In this document: positions 8,648 through 17,966 of the stretch, piece by piece | How the letters are laid out: the number at the start of each line of letters is the position of its first letter | Numbering within the stretch: the stretch's first letter is position 1 | Assembly (NCBI GenBank): GCA_002721815.1 | Contig: PBLQ01000021.1 | Location: 65,460-129,459 of the forward strand | Direction of reading: 5' to 3' | Length of the DNA stretch: 64,000 nt | DNA from: Myxococcales bacterium | GTDB lineage: Bacteria; Myxococcota; UBA727; GCA-2721815 | Notes under the pieces: model-generated | What the model saw: only the letters and a program-made list of their open reading frames with translations | Databases searched by the model: none | Told to the model about the DNA's origin: nothing | Program-made: the position numbers and the translations under genes

Positions 8648-9902
8648 AAGTTCGCAGAGAGGAACCCCTGCTTTGTTACAAGTTCACGAAGCTCAAGAAA
8701 AAATGGTGGCCTTGGTTGTGCCCACGAAAAGTGAGGTCCTTCATCTCACCCAAGCGGTAGGTCGCATCATCGCCGGCGCCCATGCGTCGAAACGGAACTG
8801 CCCGCCATGGGATAATTCGGCCATGGATGGCTTTGCGCTTCGCATGGATGATATTGCTTCCGCTACACCGGAATCGCCCATTCGACTCAAATTAGTGGGC
8901 GAGGTTGCTTGTGGCGATACGAGTGAGCCCTCGTTCGAATTGCCGCCCGCGTGCACCCTTCGAATTATGACGGGCGCGGTGGTGCCTCCGGGGGCGGATG
9001 CAGTGGTGATTAAGGAAAATACCCGTTTGGAGACCCAAGGCGAAGACACCTTTGTCATTTTCGAGGGACCGGCCAAGCGTCACGCGAACATACGGTTTGC
9101 CGGCGAAGATGTGGCGCAAGGCGCCGTGGTGGGCGACGATGGAAATTGCATCACACCCGCTCGATTGTCTTTGTTGGCCAGCGCTGGTTTTGCGCAGGTA
9201 GAGGTGTACCAAAAACCCAAAATTGCATTGATCGCCAGCGGCAGTGAATTGGCGCCACTGGGCGTCGAACCAGCGCCGCACCAAATCATCAACTCTAACA
9301 TTCATGCTGTGGCCGCCGCATTGGAATCTGCCGGTGCCTCTGTCCGTCTTTTAGGCATCGCCACCGATACTTTAGATGCCCACGTGGCGTTGATGTCATC
9401 AGCATTAGAAGACGAATGGGTGGTTACCATCGGCGGGGTGTCCATGGGGGAGAAAGACTGGGTTCGACCAGCGCTGACACAAATGAATGCGGAGCAGATC
9501 TTTTGGAAGGTCGCCATGCGCCCTGGTAAACCCTTGGTGTTTGCAAGGAAGGAACGCCAATTATTTGTGGGTCTCCCGGGAAACCCTGTCTCAGCTTTGG
9601 TGGGTACAGAGCTTTTTCTCAAGCCCATGATTCGTCGAGCGCAAAACAGACACAAATTATTTAAAACGCCCGTATGGGCTGAGCTGTCCAACGAAGCGCC
9701 CATTAAAAAACGTGCCGACTTTAAGACGTATTTTAGGGCGAAAGTGGATTTTGGATCTCAGCCCCCCAAAGCTTTGGCTTTAACGAAACAAAGTTCCGGT
9801 CAAATATCAGGTCTCGCAGCAGCCAATGCCTTATTGGTAGCGCCAGTGGGGCCAGAGAGCATTGCTCCGGGCGAGCCAGTTCAAGTTTTGCCCTTCTCTT
9901 GA
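8640..9902 (+). CDS. moeA: Molybdopterin molybdotransferase MoeA (gephyrin-like Glp)
   Basis: PPWDNSAMDGFA, RIMTGAVVPPGADAVV, SGSEL, TIGGVSMGEKD, MRPGKP, GLPGNPVSA. Confidence 0.95.
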   Translation: MIKSSQRGTPALLQVHEAQEKMVALVVPTKSEVLHLTQAVGRIIAGAHASKRNCPPWDNSAMDGFALRMDDIASATPESPIRLKLVGEVACGDTSEPSFELPPACTLRIMTGAVVPPGADAVVIKENTRLETQGEDTFVIFEGPAKRHANIRFAGEDVAQGAVVGDDGNCITPARLSLLASAGFAQVEVYQKPKIALIASGSELAPLGVEPAPHQIINSNIHAVAAALESAGASVRLLGIATDTLDAHVALMSSALEDEWVVTIGGVSMGEKDWVRPALTQMNAEQIFWKVAMRPGKPLVFARKERQLFVGLPGNPVSALVGTELFLKPMIRRAQNRHKLFKTPVWAELSNEAPIKKRADFKTYFRAKVDFGSQPPKALALTKQSSGQISGLAAANALLVAPVGPESIAPGEPVQVLPFS

Positions 9903-9909
9903 GTAGGCC

Positions 9910-11316
9910 TTAAATGAGCCAATAGACGAAACCACTACCTGCTAAAAGCGCAAACAAAAGAAGACTTGGAATCTGTAAAGACAGTGGTGTGGGTACTTTA
10001 ACGGGTACCGTCCTTTTGCGGTAAAAGAAAAAACTGGCCAAGCGCAACACCACCAAACTTTGTAATGGGCAACTCAACAAAATCGCCCAGCCGGTATAAA
10101 CCCATCCTTGTTCGAAGCTGAGTTGGGCCAAGCTGACACGTGCATCAAACCCGAGAGTCCCTGGAAAGCCCGACAGATTAGCAAGTCCCAGCAAAAAGAC
10201 GAAAGCCATGAATGGGTTGTTGAGCCCAATCCCTGAACAGCTTTCCCAGGTGAGCAATTCTTTGGAGCGTTGTGATAATGGCAGAAAGACAAAATAGACG
10301 AGCAAGCAACCCAAGCCCAGCGAGGCGAGAAGAGCCCAGCTAGGAATCAGTGGAGATTGTTCTTGTAACAGGGAACTCAGTTGTAACGAGGGCAGCAGCA
10401 ATGGCAAGTTGCCCACGATCAAAAAGGCCAAGATGCGATTTACGGTTCGTTGGTCCATGGCGGACAAAGCCGATAGGATAAAGGCGAAAAGGCAAAATCC
10501 AGCCAGAAACTGATCAGAGACCACCGACGAAGTGGACAGTTCGCCCGCGCGTGCCAATCGAAAACACAAGGTGGCCACCATGAAGGATTGCCCGATGAGT
10601 TGGACCATTGCTCCCACCGGGTGACCTCCGGTGAGTAAATCAACCCGGTTCATGTGAAAAGGTGTGATGCCCACCAATGTAAAAAGGGCGGTGGCAAACA
10701 ATAGAAGCGCCAGTAAAGCAGGGATGGCACCGGCCTGGGCGCTTTTAAACCACCAAGCCAATTCCACGGTGTGCATGGTGCTTAAGCCCACCACTACCGC
10801 CATGCTAAAAAACAAGAGCGCGAACCGTTGGTCGAAGAATGTTTTGAGCAGTGCTTCGGGCCCGTGTAATTTTTTTCCGCCCACCGTGAGGGGGAGCCCT
10901 AACGCCATTAATGCGATGCCGGTCGGTAAAATGAGCAGATAGTGATCCAAGGCCATACCACTCACCACCATCCCACCACAAAGTACCAACAAGGGATGCC
11001 CCCAACTGGCAAAATGGGATCGGCGTTCGTCTTGCGCCAGTAACAACCAATGCAATCCAATTTGGATTACATTCCACAAGAGGAGGCCCAAGAAGAAAAA
11101 GTCGTCTTCTCGCCAAATGGCATTGGCGCGTTCAGTAGGGTCATGGTTGTAGAGGACATAGCCAGTTTGGATGCCCAGCCATAAAGTGGCCAGGCATGCC
11201 AATGGAATGCCGCCTGTTTGGGGCTTGCGGGTGACCTTGGGCAACACCCATCCCAGCAAACCAAGTACGGCTGCGACCAGTATTGAAAGCGCCAATAAGG
11301 ATGGCACCAGAGTCAT
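9910..11316 (-). CDS. nuoN: Divergent NuoN-like proton-conducting membrane subunit
   Basis: Polytopic. EALLK, PFH...D...G, DQRTVNRILAF and LSGFPGTLGFDAR match NuoN signatures. Last gene of a J-K-L-M-N run, GGAGG RBS. Confidence 0.7.
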   Translation of the reverse strand: MTLVPSLLALSILVAAVLGLLGWVLPKVTRKPQTGGIPLACLATLWLGIQTGYVLYNHDPTERANAIWREDDFFFLGLLLWNVIQIGLHWLLLAQDERRSHFASWGHPLLVLCGGMVVSGMALDHYLLILPTGIALMALGLPLTVGGKKLHGPEALLKTFFDQRFALLFFSMAVVVGLSTMHTVELAWWFKSAQAGAIPALLALLLFATALFTLVGITPFHMNRVDLLTGGHPVGAMVQLIGQSFMVATLCFRLARAGELSTSSVVSDQFLAGFCLFAFILSALSAMDQRTVNRILAFLIVGNLPLLLPSLQLSSLLQEQSPLIPSWALLASLGLGCLLVYFVFLPLSQRSKELLTWESCSGIGLNNPFMAFVFLLGLANLSGFPGTLGFDARVSLAQLSFEQGWVYTGWAILLSCPLQSLVVLRLASFFFYRKRTVPVKVPTPLSLQIPSLLLFALLAGSGFVYWLI

Positions 11317-11325
11317 CCAACCTCC

Positions 11326-12747
11326 CTAAGAAAAATGAAACAAAAAACCCGTCCAAAAAAGTGCGATCCCCAAGGTGCCACTCAGGTGCCACCGCCAAAC
11401 CACGGGCGGCGCGGCGCCTTCGGGCAAATGAACCCGTTCCACGGGGGCGGGCGTGTTCCAGCGACGCCATAATTGAAACAATGCGGTGTGAATGGAAAGC
11501 AGTCCAAAAATAAAAGCCATCAGCAATGCCACCAATTCGGTGAAGTGCCATTGATGGGCCACGTGTGTTTGAAAAAACGTATTTTCTGGCATTCCCAAAC
11601 TCCACAGTGGCAAGGCCATCAGCAGGACCGCAAACAAGAGCACGTGAATTTGTGCGAAACTGTGCATTTGTGGCCATCGTTTGAGTAGGCCCACCTGCGC
11701 ATGCTCAAAGGACGCCAAAATATCATTCTTTAAGTTGTGAAGTTCATCTACAAAAAGACCCAATGTGGCCAGGGCGGCCATGGCCCATGGCCAGGGGCCG
11801 TGAATGGAAAAAGGGAGTTTGATTTGCTCAAAGGCCAAAAGCGTAAAGGCGCTCAAAAGTAAAATAGCGTGGGTAAAGATCATCATGGGTCTGCGTTCTC
11901 CGATGGAGAGCAAACCGATCCAAAGAAAATGAACGACCAGTAAGATGGGCAAAAGGTGGGTGGCAGGTCCGAGCAATGAATCGCTCAGTGCCTGTTCTGG
12001 GGCGAAGTGAATGCCCAAGATAAATTGGGTCATGGTAAACAGCAAAGCCACTGATGGGCTGATGCTTCGTGCCACCCAACGGTGAAGAGAAAGAAAAGGA
12101 AAGATCCCCAGTCGCAACCATGATGCCAGGAACGTCCCCATGGCCAATGCCCAAGGATAGGGAATGAAATTAAAAAGGGATTCGGGCGCGAGCACAAAAC
12201 CCAATGCGATGGCATCAAAAACAATGAAAAGCGAAAAAACCCGTAATGCTGTTTGTGATCTTTGGCCAGTGCCCATTTGTGTCATTAACAGCCAAAAGAA
12301 AAAATGAGTGGAAAGCGCGAGGGACAATGAAAGCAGTGTGTGGGCCACGATGAAACTGCCCAAAACGAAGGCGCAGATCAAAAGAGTGGCAGTGATGAAA
12401 GGTTTGATTTTTTCAGGAGAATGAAAGGGGTGAATGGCGGTTGTGGTGAAGAGAAGTGTGAGTAAAGCAAAACACATACCTGCATTTTGCGCGTTGAACA
12501 CCAGCTGAATGTGGCGGGAGCCCAGGTGCAAATAGGCCGAAATTGGATTGCCTTCGAGAGCATGCTGCCACAGGGAACCATCCTCAGCGGGGAGCCAGCC
12601 CACCGCAAAACAAAGGCCTAAAGTGATGAGGGTATAAGGCCGCAAAAACGCATGATGCTTGGCGGGGACCAGAACCAAGCCAATAGCGGCCAAAAAAGGC
12701 AGCGCGATTGTCATACACAACAATACGGTCAAAGTTTCTGACTCCAC
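11326..12747 (-). CDS. nuoM: Highly divergent NuoM-like membrane subunit
   Basis: Polytopic. RLGIFPF resembles the NuoM K.P.FP.H motif. Lies between L- and N-like genes. Start GTG 12747 or TTG 12732, overlapping the nuoL-like stop. Confidence 0.6.
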   Translation of the reverse strand: MESETLTVLLCMTIALPFLAAIGLVLVPAKHHAFLRPYTLITLGLCFAVGWLPAEDGSLWQHALEGNPISAYLHLGSRHIQLVFNAQNAGMCFALLTLLFTTTAIHPFHSPEKIKPFITATLLICAFVLGSFIVAHTLLSLSLALSTHFFFWLLMTQMGTGQRSQTALRVFSLFIVFDAIALGFVLAPESLFNFIPYPWALAMGTFLASWLRLGIFPFLSLHRWVARSISPSVALLFTMTQFILGIHFAPEQALSDSLLGPATHLLPILLVVHFLWIGLLSIGERRPMMIFTHAILLLSAFTLLAFEQIKLPFSIHGPWPWAMAALATLGLFVDELHNLKNDILASFEHAQVGLLKRWPQMHSFAQIHVLLFAVLLMALPLWSLGMPENTFFQTHVAHQWHFTELVALLMAFIFGLLSIHTALFQLWRRWNTPAPVERVHLPEGAAPPVVWRWHLSGTLGIALFWTGFLFHFS

Positions 12748-14747
12748 CAATAGAGGCTGACCCCTACGAACAAAAGAAAAACGCTGAGGACGCGGCGGCT
12801 TTCGCCATTGTGAAAGAGCCAAAAACAAAAACGAATCACTGAGCTGGGCGCCCGCCAAATGTGCCACATGAGGCCACCGGCTAATAAGGGTTGGATGATG
12901 CGTCGAGAAAGGAAGGTCAGGCGCAGGACATTTAATTCCACCGAGGTGTTGAGGTGCGTATCAACGGGTGAAGGTGCTTGCTCAGGCTCGAAGTACTTTC
13001 TTAAGGAACGTTGGCCACCCGTTTGGGTGGGTTTAGCTGTCTTGCCGAAAACCAAGTAAGCGAAGAGCCAACCTCCAAAGGCTGCCCCCCAGATCCAGCC
13101 GTAAAAGAACCATTGTGCTTGGGCGTCTACCAACACATCCAAAGCGGGTTGGTAAGACGTTAATAAAAAGAGTGCGGTTCTGATTTCAGGTTCTACCCAA
13201 GATAGAAAAGGAGCGTACGCCGCATCAAAAAAGTCAGTGAGTCGGTGAACCGGCAAGGATAAAATATTGGGTGCAATGGAGATGCCTAGAACGAAGATAG
13301 ACACCACGGACAAAAAGAGATTGTGGGACTTTGGCGCAGGGGCATTGGGCAGTTCATTCGATGCTTCTCCGCCGAAGACCTGAAAAACTGTTTTGAATGC
13401 ACCCGCGGTGAAAAGAAACGAGAAGAGCACCAATGCAATGCAAATAATGAAATGAAAATAGGGGCGAATGGCCCAGTCCGCCCACATGAAGGATGCATGA
13501 AAAAACCAAGACCCCAGCAAGGGGCACATGGAAAAAGTCATCAACATTCTAATTTGTTCTTGGCGTCTAAAAGACTTCCACAGTCCGCCCAGCTCGCCCA
13601 AAAGATCTTCACCTTTCATGGCTTCACGAACGCTGATGTGGGTGATGACAAAAAAGGGCGTCACTAAAAAGAACAATAAAATCTGCAAAAAGCCCGCGGT
13701 GCCGTCGTAAGGTATGTTGGCCAAAACAGTGAGTGAAAAAACAGCCATGAGGGCCCAATGATCGGCATCCGACCATGTGACAGCGGTGAACAACCGATAC
13801 GCATGAAACAGCGCACTGCCCGCAATGGCCACCAGAACCCAGGACAGGTTCCAAGAAATCAGAACATGGACGAGTTGGGTTTGGCGCAACACGATCAGTC
13901 CACCACCAAAGAGTACCCAGATGACGAAAACGCGGGTGATGGGCTCTTGGGCCTGCAGATGATTTTTGACTGCATTAGCCCCGAACCCCAAGCCTTGCCG
14001 GCTTAGAACACCGAGCAGGACAAATAAGGAACACCAAGAAAAAATGTGGTCGAGGTAATGACCTTGGAACAGGCCCATTTGCAACGGGATAACCTTTAAT
14101 TGAGCGGCTTGCGTCAACCAGATTTGAGGGTTGTGATTCCCAAAGGTGAAAAAGAGAAAAAGAACGGCCAGAAACATTGAAGCATCGCCGAGACGATGCT
14201 GTACAAAAAGCCAGGTACTGGTGAGACCCGACTGAGGCTCGGCATTTTTGAATGACCAGGTCGCCAACAATCCACCCAGCGACAATAAACACGTGGTTTG
14301 CATCGGGTTTGCGGTGAGAAACATGAGGTTCAAGATGGACCACAGACAGGTTTGTTTAATCAGAATCGAGGACGATGGTTGGGTTTGTGATATTTTTTGC
14401 CAGATGGTCAAAAGGATGACGGACCCCGACACAGCAAAAAGTGTCAGCGCTTCAAACGCAGTGAGTTCCATGGTGGCCCAAATGGGGCCAGGCTTCATCT
14501 GTAAAATTCCGCCTTCGGGGGCGCCCAAGGCAAGATCGTGGTATCCGCCCGCGTAGAAAATTCGTTGCAGCGCCCGCCAGGCAAAAAGGCAGTTTGTGCT
14601 CTGTGTGATCAGGAGAATGGTTAAAAGAAAATTTTCAGTTTGGCGACGGCTTAGTATCCAAAGCGCCACGATAGAGCCCATGGGAATGAGTGCTAAAGGC
14701 AGTAATTCAGGTGCGGGAATCATGGAGAGAAACGGCATCATGTTCAT
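12729..14747 (-). CDS. nuoL: Divergent NuoL-like membrane subunit
   Basis: 672 aa, polytopic. HRLGD (NuoL RxGD), GEDLLGELGGLWK (EQD..MGGL) and a C-terminal amphipathic segment plus final TM (FHNGESRR..). Confidence 0.7.
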   Translation of the reverse strand: MNMMPFLSMIPAPELLPLALIPMGSIVALWILSRRQTENFLLTILLITQSTNCLFAWRALQRIFYAGGYHDLALGAPEGGILQMKPGPIWATMELTAFEALTLFAVSGSVILLTIWQKISQTQPSSSILIKQTCLWSILNLMFLTANPMQTTCLLSLGGLLATWSFKNAEPQSGLTSTWLFVQHRLGDASMFLAVLFLFFTFGNHNPQIWLTQAAQLKVIPLQMGLFQGHYLDHIFSWCSLFVLLGVLSRQGLGFGANAVKNHLQAQEPITRVFVIWVLFGGGLIVLRQTQLVHVLISWNLSWVLVAIAGSALFHAYRLFTAVTWSDADHWALMAVFSLTVLANIPYDGTAGFLQILLFFLVTPFFVITHISVREAMKGEDLLGELGGLWKSFRRQEQIRMLMTFSMCPLLGSWFFHASFMWADWAIRPYFHFIICIALVLFSFLFTAGAFKTVFQVFGGEASNELPNAPAPKSHNLFLSVVSIFVLGISIAPNILSLPVHRLTDFFDAAYAPFLSWVEPEIRTALFLLTSYQPALDVLVDAQAQWFFYGWIWGAAFGGWLFAYLVFGKTAKPTQTGGQRSLRKYFEPEQAPSPVDTHLNTSVELNVLRLTFLSRRIIQPLLAGGLMWHIWRAPSSVIRFCFWLFHNGESRRVLSVFLLFVGVSLYWWSQKL

Positions 14748-15037
14748 TAGCCCCTTAGGTTGCGCCAGGCACCCAATTGGGTGGTTTTAAGTTTTTCAAA
14801 AAGAAACTGTGCGAGAATGAACATGACGAGTTGATGAATGAGCACCAAGGCCAGAAGCCCAAAAGCGATGGCATCACCCCAGGGATGTTGCCACTGCTGA
14901 TTGCCATGTAGGATCGCCAATGCCACCCCCAAAAGAGCCACATCGATGTTCAGCGATACCATGATCATTTGCCGTCGAAACAAAGCGCCAAGAACACCCA
15001 TGGTCATCAGCGCGATGGCGATCCAACCCAGGCTCAT
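14747..15037 (-). CDS. nuoK: NuoK (ND4L)-like subunit
   Basis: 96 aa, 3 TM. GVLGALFRRQMIMVSLNIDV and C-terminal LRG match NuoK. ATG 15037 overlaps the nuoJ-like stop. Confidence 0.75.
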   Translation of the reverse strand: MSLGWIAIALMTMGVLGALFRRQMIMVSLNIDVALLGVALAILHGNQQWQHPWGDAIAFGLLALVLIHQLVMFILAQFLFEKLKTTQLGAWRNLRG

Positions 15038-15510
15038 GACCGGCTCCTTTGGCGTATGATGAAAGGCAGAAGACCGGTCACGCTCACAAGAAAGATAGCG
15101 CCCAAATAGACGGCCCATAAAGAAAGCGAGGGATGGTTATTGGCAGCGGTACTTTTTTGAATATCGCTCAACAAGCTCGGCCACAAAGGGAGAATGGACA
15201 AAAGAAAATAGGCCGAAACCAACAGCAGCAAAATTCTTGAAATGCCCAGATGGGTATCCAGCGGTTGTGTGGGCTCTTTGTTAAAGCGTTGAACGCCTTT
15301 GATGTAAATCCATGGGGTGATGACTCCAAAACCCAAGATCAATATGAGGCACAAGATCCAAGGACTTTGTTGAGCGATCATCACGGAGGCCACCGATAGA
15401 AAGACCATCAAAAAACCGAAGACTGCCCGTTGTGGTTCTCTGACGAATAAAACCACACCGCCCCCGCCAATGGCGAAGCAAGTTTGAATGATGAGAAAGA
15501 AGGTTTCCAT
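15034..15510 (-). CDS. nuoJ: NuoJ (ND6)-like subunit
   Basis: 158 aa hydrophobic. VVLFVREPQRAVFGFLMVFLSVA resembles the NuoJ N-terminus. First gene of the operon. Confidence 0.65.
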   Translation of the reverse strand: METFFLIIQTCFAIGGGGVVLFVREPQRAVFGFLMVFLSVASVMIAQQSPWILCLILILGFGVITPWIYIKGVQRFNKEPTQPLDTHLGISRILLLLVSAYFLLSILPLWPSLLSDIQKSTAANNHPSLSLWAVYLGAIFLVSVTGLLPFIIRQRSRS

Positions 15511-15601
15511 GGCGGTCCGTTGTTTGGGCTTTAAAACTACCAAAACCACCTTGGGAGTCCAAAATATCGTGCTAAAGTGGCCCAATAAAGGAGCGATAAC
15601 G

Positions 15602-16678
15602 ATGCAAAGAACGTTTCAAAGTGGTGCCCTTAGAGCGATTGCATGCGGCCTGCTGTGCTTTTGGGTTTTGACACCCAAATCTTTGTTCGCCAACGATGTG
15701 GACCTATCTGTGAATTCACCCGTATCCCAAGGGACCCAACCGTCATTGGTGCTCAAGTTGAACAAGGCGGTGGATCGGTTAGAAGTGGTGTTACGTTCCA
15801 ATGGCCAATCGGTTCGTCAGGCCTACACTGGAGAGACCAAGGGAAAAACCATCGAAATCGAGATGCCCCAAAACCAAGTGGGCCTATGGCGATGGCAGGG
15901 AAAATTGAAGGTGACCTTCGCAGATGGGAGCGCCGGTCAGATGCCTTTGGCATTTTCTACTGAAGTGCGTCAGCCGCCCCAGTTGCGGTTGCACCGAAGC
16001 GGGCTCGATTTAATCAAGAAAGAACTGAAAGTTGTATTTGGTGCCGCCGCCCAAAAAGTTGAAATGGAAGTGGTGGGTGAAAACGGTGAGACTTTAGCTA
16101 AAAAAACGGTTCCTTTTAGAGGGGAAAAACGGGGGACGCCGCTTCACCTAAAATGGGAAACGAACTCTGAAGTGAAAGTGATGAAAATCGCGTTGGTGGC
16201 TCATGACGTCAACGGCTTTTTTTCTCCCACCTTGGCGTTGTACCCGTGGAGCTTGGCGATTCCTCATGAAGAGGTGGTGTTTGAAACGGCCTCCAATGCA
16301 ATCTTGGATGCTGAAGTTCCCAAACTCAAAGATGTCCTGCCGCGCATTCAGAAACGCATCCAACAGTACAGCAGTTTAATTCCGGTACGACTGTTTGTTT
16401 TGGGACATACCGATACGGTGGGGCCCGCGGATACCAACCGTGCATTGTCGCAAAAGCGAGCATCGGCCATTGCCAGGTGGTTTCAAAACCAGGGTATCAA
16501 GGTCCCCATTTTCATCCGTGGGTTTGGTGAAAGTGATTTGCGGGTGACCACAGGGGATAATGTCGACGAGGCAGCCAACCGAAGAGCGGATTATATTTTA
16601 TCGGTGAACCCGCCAAACCATCGGTCGTGGCAGGGCTGGGTTACGATTCAGGGTCAGAAGCCATCAGGCGATCAATAA
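15602..16678 (+). CDS. OmpA-family (peptidoglycan-binding C-domain) exported protein
   Basis: Signal peptide. GHTDTVG, LSQKRA, GFGE, NRRA. AAGGAG RBS before ATG 15602. Confidence 0.85.
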   Translation: MQRTFQSGALRAIACGLLCFWVLTPKSLFANDVDLSVNSPVSQGTQPSLVLKLNKAVDRLEVVLRSNGQSVRQAYTGETKGKTIEIEMPQNQVGLWRWQGKLKVTFADGSAGQMPLAFSTEVRQPPQLRLHRSGLDLIKKELKVVFGAAAQKVEMEVVGENGETLAKKTVPFRGEKRGTPLHLKWETNSEVKVMKIALVAHDVNGFFSPTLALYPWSLAIPHEEVVFETASNAILDAEVPKLKDVLPRIQKRIQQYSSLIPVRLFVLGHTDTVGPADTNRALSQKRASAIARWFQNQGIKVPIFIRGFGESDLRVTTGDNVDEAANRRADYILSVNPPNHRSWQGWVTIQGQKPSGDQ

Positions 16679-17210
16679 TGATGGCGGCGGCCGAGCGCAC
16701 ACTCAAATGGTTGTAGTCGGATGCGGATTGGACAGGTGGCAAAAGGGCGTCTGCCCCTTCCAGAACCGAGGGGTGCAGCCCTTGCCCCGTCCCAAAAATA
16801 AGCATGACGTTTTGACCTGACTTGATCTTTTCTTTGGCATCGGAAAAAGACAGACAGGGGGTATGCTCATTTCTTGCGGAAGTGGTCCAAACCAAAGGAC
16901 GTTCTCCCAGTCGTTCTGTTTCTTGCGCAATGGCTTTTTCGATGCTCTCGGTGACATGCGTGATGGCCATGGCGGCTTCACGATCTTTATTTTTTTTAGA
17001 GCCTTTGCCAACGGTCCAATGTCCAATAATGGCGTTCGCCAATTCTTGTTGGGCGGTGATAGGCGTGACGATATAAAATGACCCCGCTTGATAGGTACGC
17101 GACGAACGGGCGATGTCATGCACATCTAAGTTGGTGATGGAGGTGGTATAGATGTTACCCTGGCGATCCAAGACGGGGTGGTGGACCAATGCAATACTCA
17201 CGTGATTCAT
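16641..17210 (-). CDS. TrmD-associated SPOUT-class RNA methyltransferase
   Basis: IALVHHPV, TSITNLDVHDIARSSRTY, FGTGQGL, YNHLSVRSAAAIIIDRL. Coupled to trmD. Confidence 0.9.
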   Translation of the reverse strand: MNHVSIALVHHPVLDRQGNIYTTSITNLDVHDIARSSRTYQAGSFYIVTPITAQQELANAIIGHWTVGKGSKKNKDREAAMAITHVTESIEKAIAQETERLGERPLVWTTSARNEHTPCLSFSDAKEKIKSGQNVMLIFGTGQGLHPSVLEGADALLPPVQSASDYNHLSVRSAAAIIIDRLMASDPES

Positions 17211-17965
17211 GATTCACCTTTTCGAAGCGGGGCCAAGCATTCTCGAGCTTGGGTTTGTTGATCGTTGTCGCATAGATCGGGACGGAGTCGTTGGGTGCGG
17301 GCCTGGGCATCTTCTTGCCTGGCCTGTTCAATCTTTTGGTGATGGCCACTGAGTAAAACATCGGGTACCTGCCAGTGATCGTATTCGATGGGCCTGGTGT
17401 ATTGGTGATGCTCTAAAAGATTTTCCATATGGCTTTCGGTTTGGATGGAGTCTGCATTCCCCAGCACCCCTGGCCGCATCCGGGCGATGGCATCGGCCAT
17501 GACCAAGCCGGCCAGTTCGCCTCCGGTAATCACAAAGTCGCCCAAAGACCATGTTTCATCCACATAGTTCCAGACTCTGGCATCGACCCCTTCATAGCGA
17601 CCACAAATAAAAATGAGATGGTCTGTTTTGGCGAGGGATATCGCGGCATTTTGCTGGAAGGGTTGACCCGCGGGGTCCAACAAAATGACTTTTGACGAGG
17701 CATTTTCGGGGGTGTTGTTTTGGGCTGCCAAAATGGCGCGATGAAGGACGTCCACTTTCATCACTTGTCCGGCGCCCCCACCGCATGGGGTATCATCGAC
17801 CATTTGGTGTTTGTCCAAAGCGTGTTCTCGGATTTGAACGGTGTGAAGCACGAGGTGACCGTTTTGTTGGGCCCGCCCGAGGATTGAAACGGCCATCATT
17901 GTTTCAATGGCTTCGGGGAACAGCGTTACAAAGGTGATATGTAAAGGGGTGATGGGCGCGGTCAT
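17207..17965 (-). CDS. trmD: tRNA (guanine-37-N1)-methyltransferase
   Basis: VTLFPE, VDDTPCGGGAG, ICGRYEGVDARV, SLGDFVITGGE, QYTRP. Confidence 0.97.
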   Translation of the reverse strand: MTAPITPLHITFVTLFPEAIETMMAVSILGRAQQNGHLVLHTVQIREHALDKHQMVDDTPCGGGAGQVMKVDVLHRAILAAQNNTPENASSKVILLDPAGQPFQQNAAISLAKTDHLIFICGRYEGVDARVWNYVDETWSLGDFVITGGELAGLVMADAIARMRPGVLGNADSIQTESHMENLLEHHQYTRPIEYDHWQVPDVLLSGHHQKIEQARQEDAQARTQRLRPDLCDNDQQTQARECLAPLRKGES

Positions 17966-17966
17966 T

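Noticed and set aside
9910..15510. Mrp antiporter, Hyf hydrogenase or DabB inorganic-carbon pump
   Set aside because: Order and sizes follow nuoJ-K-L-M-N, and no MrpE/F/G, hydrogenase or DabA-like partner is adjacent.
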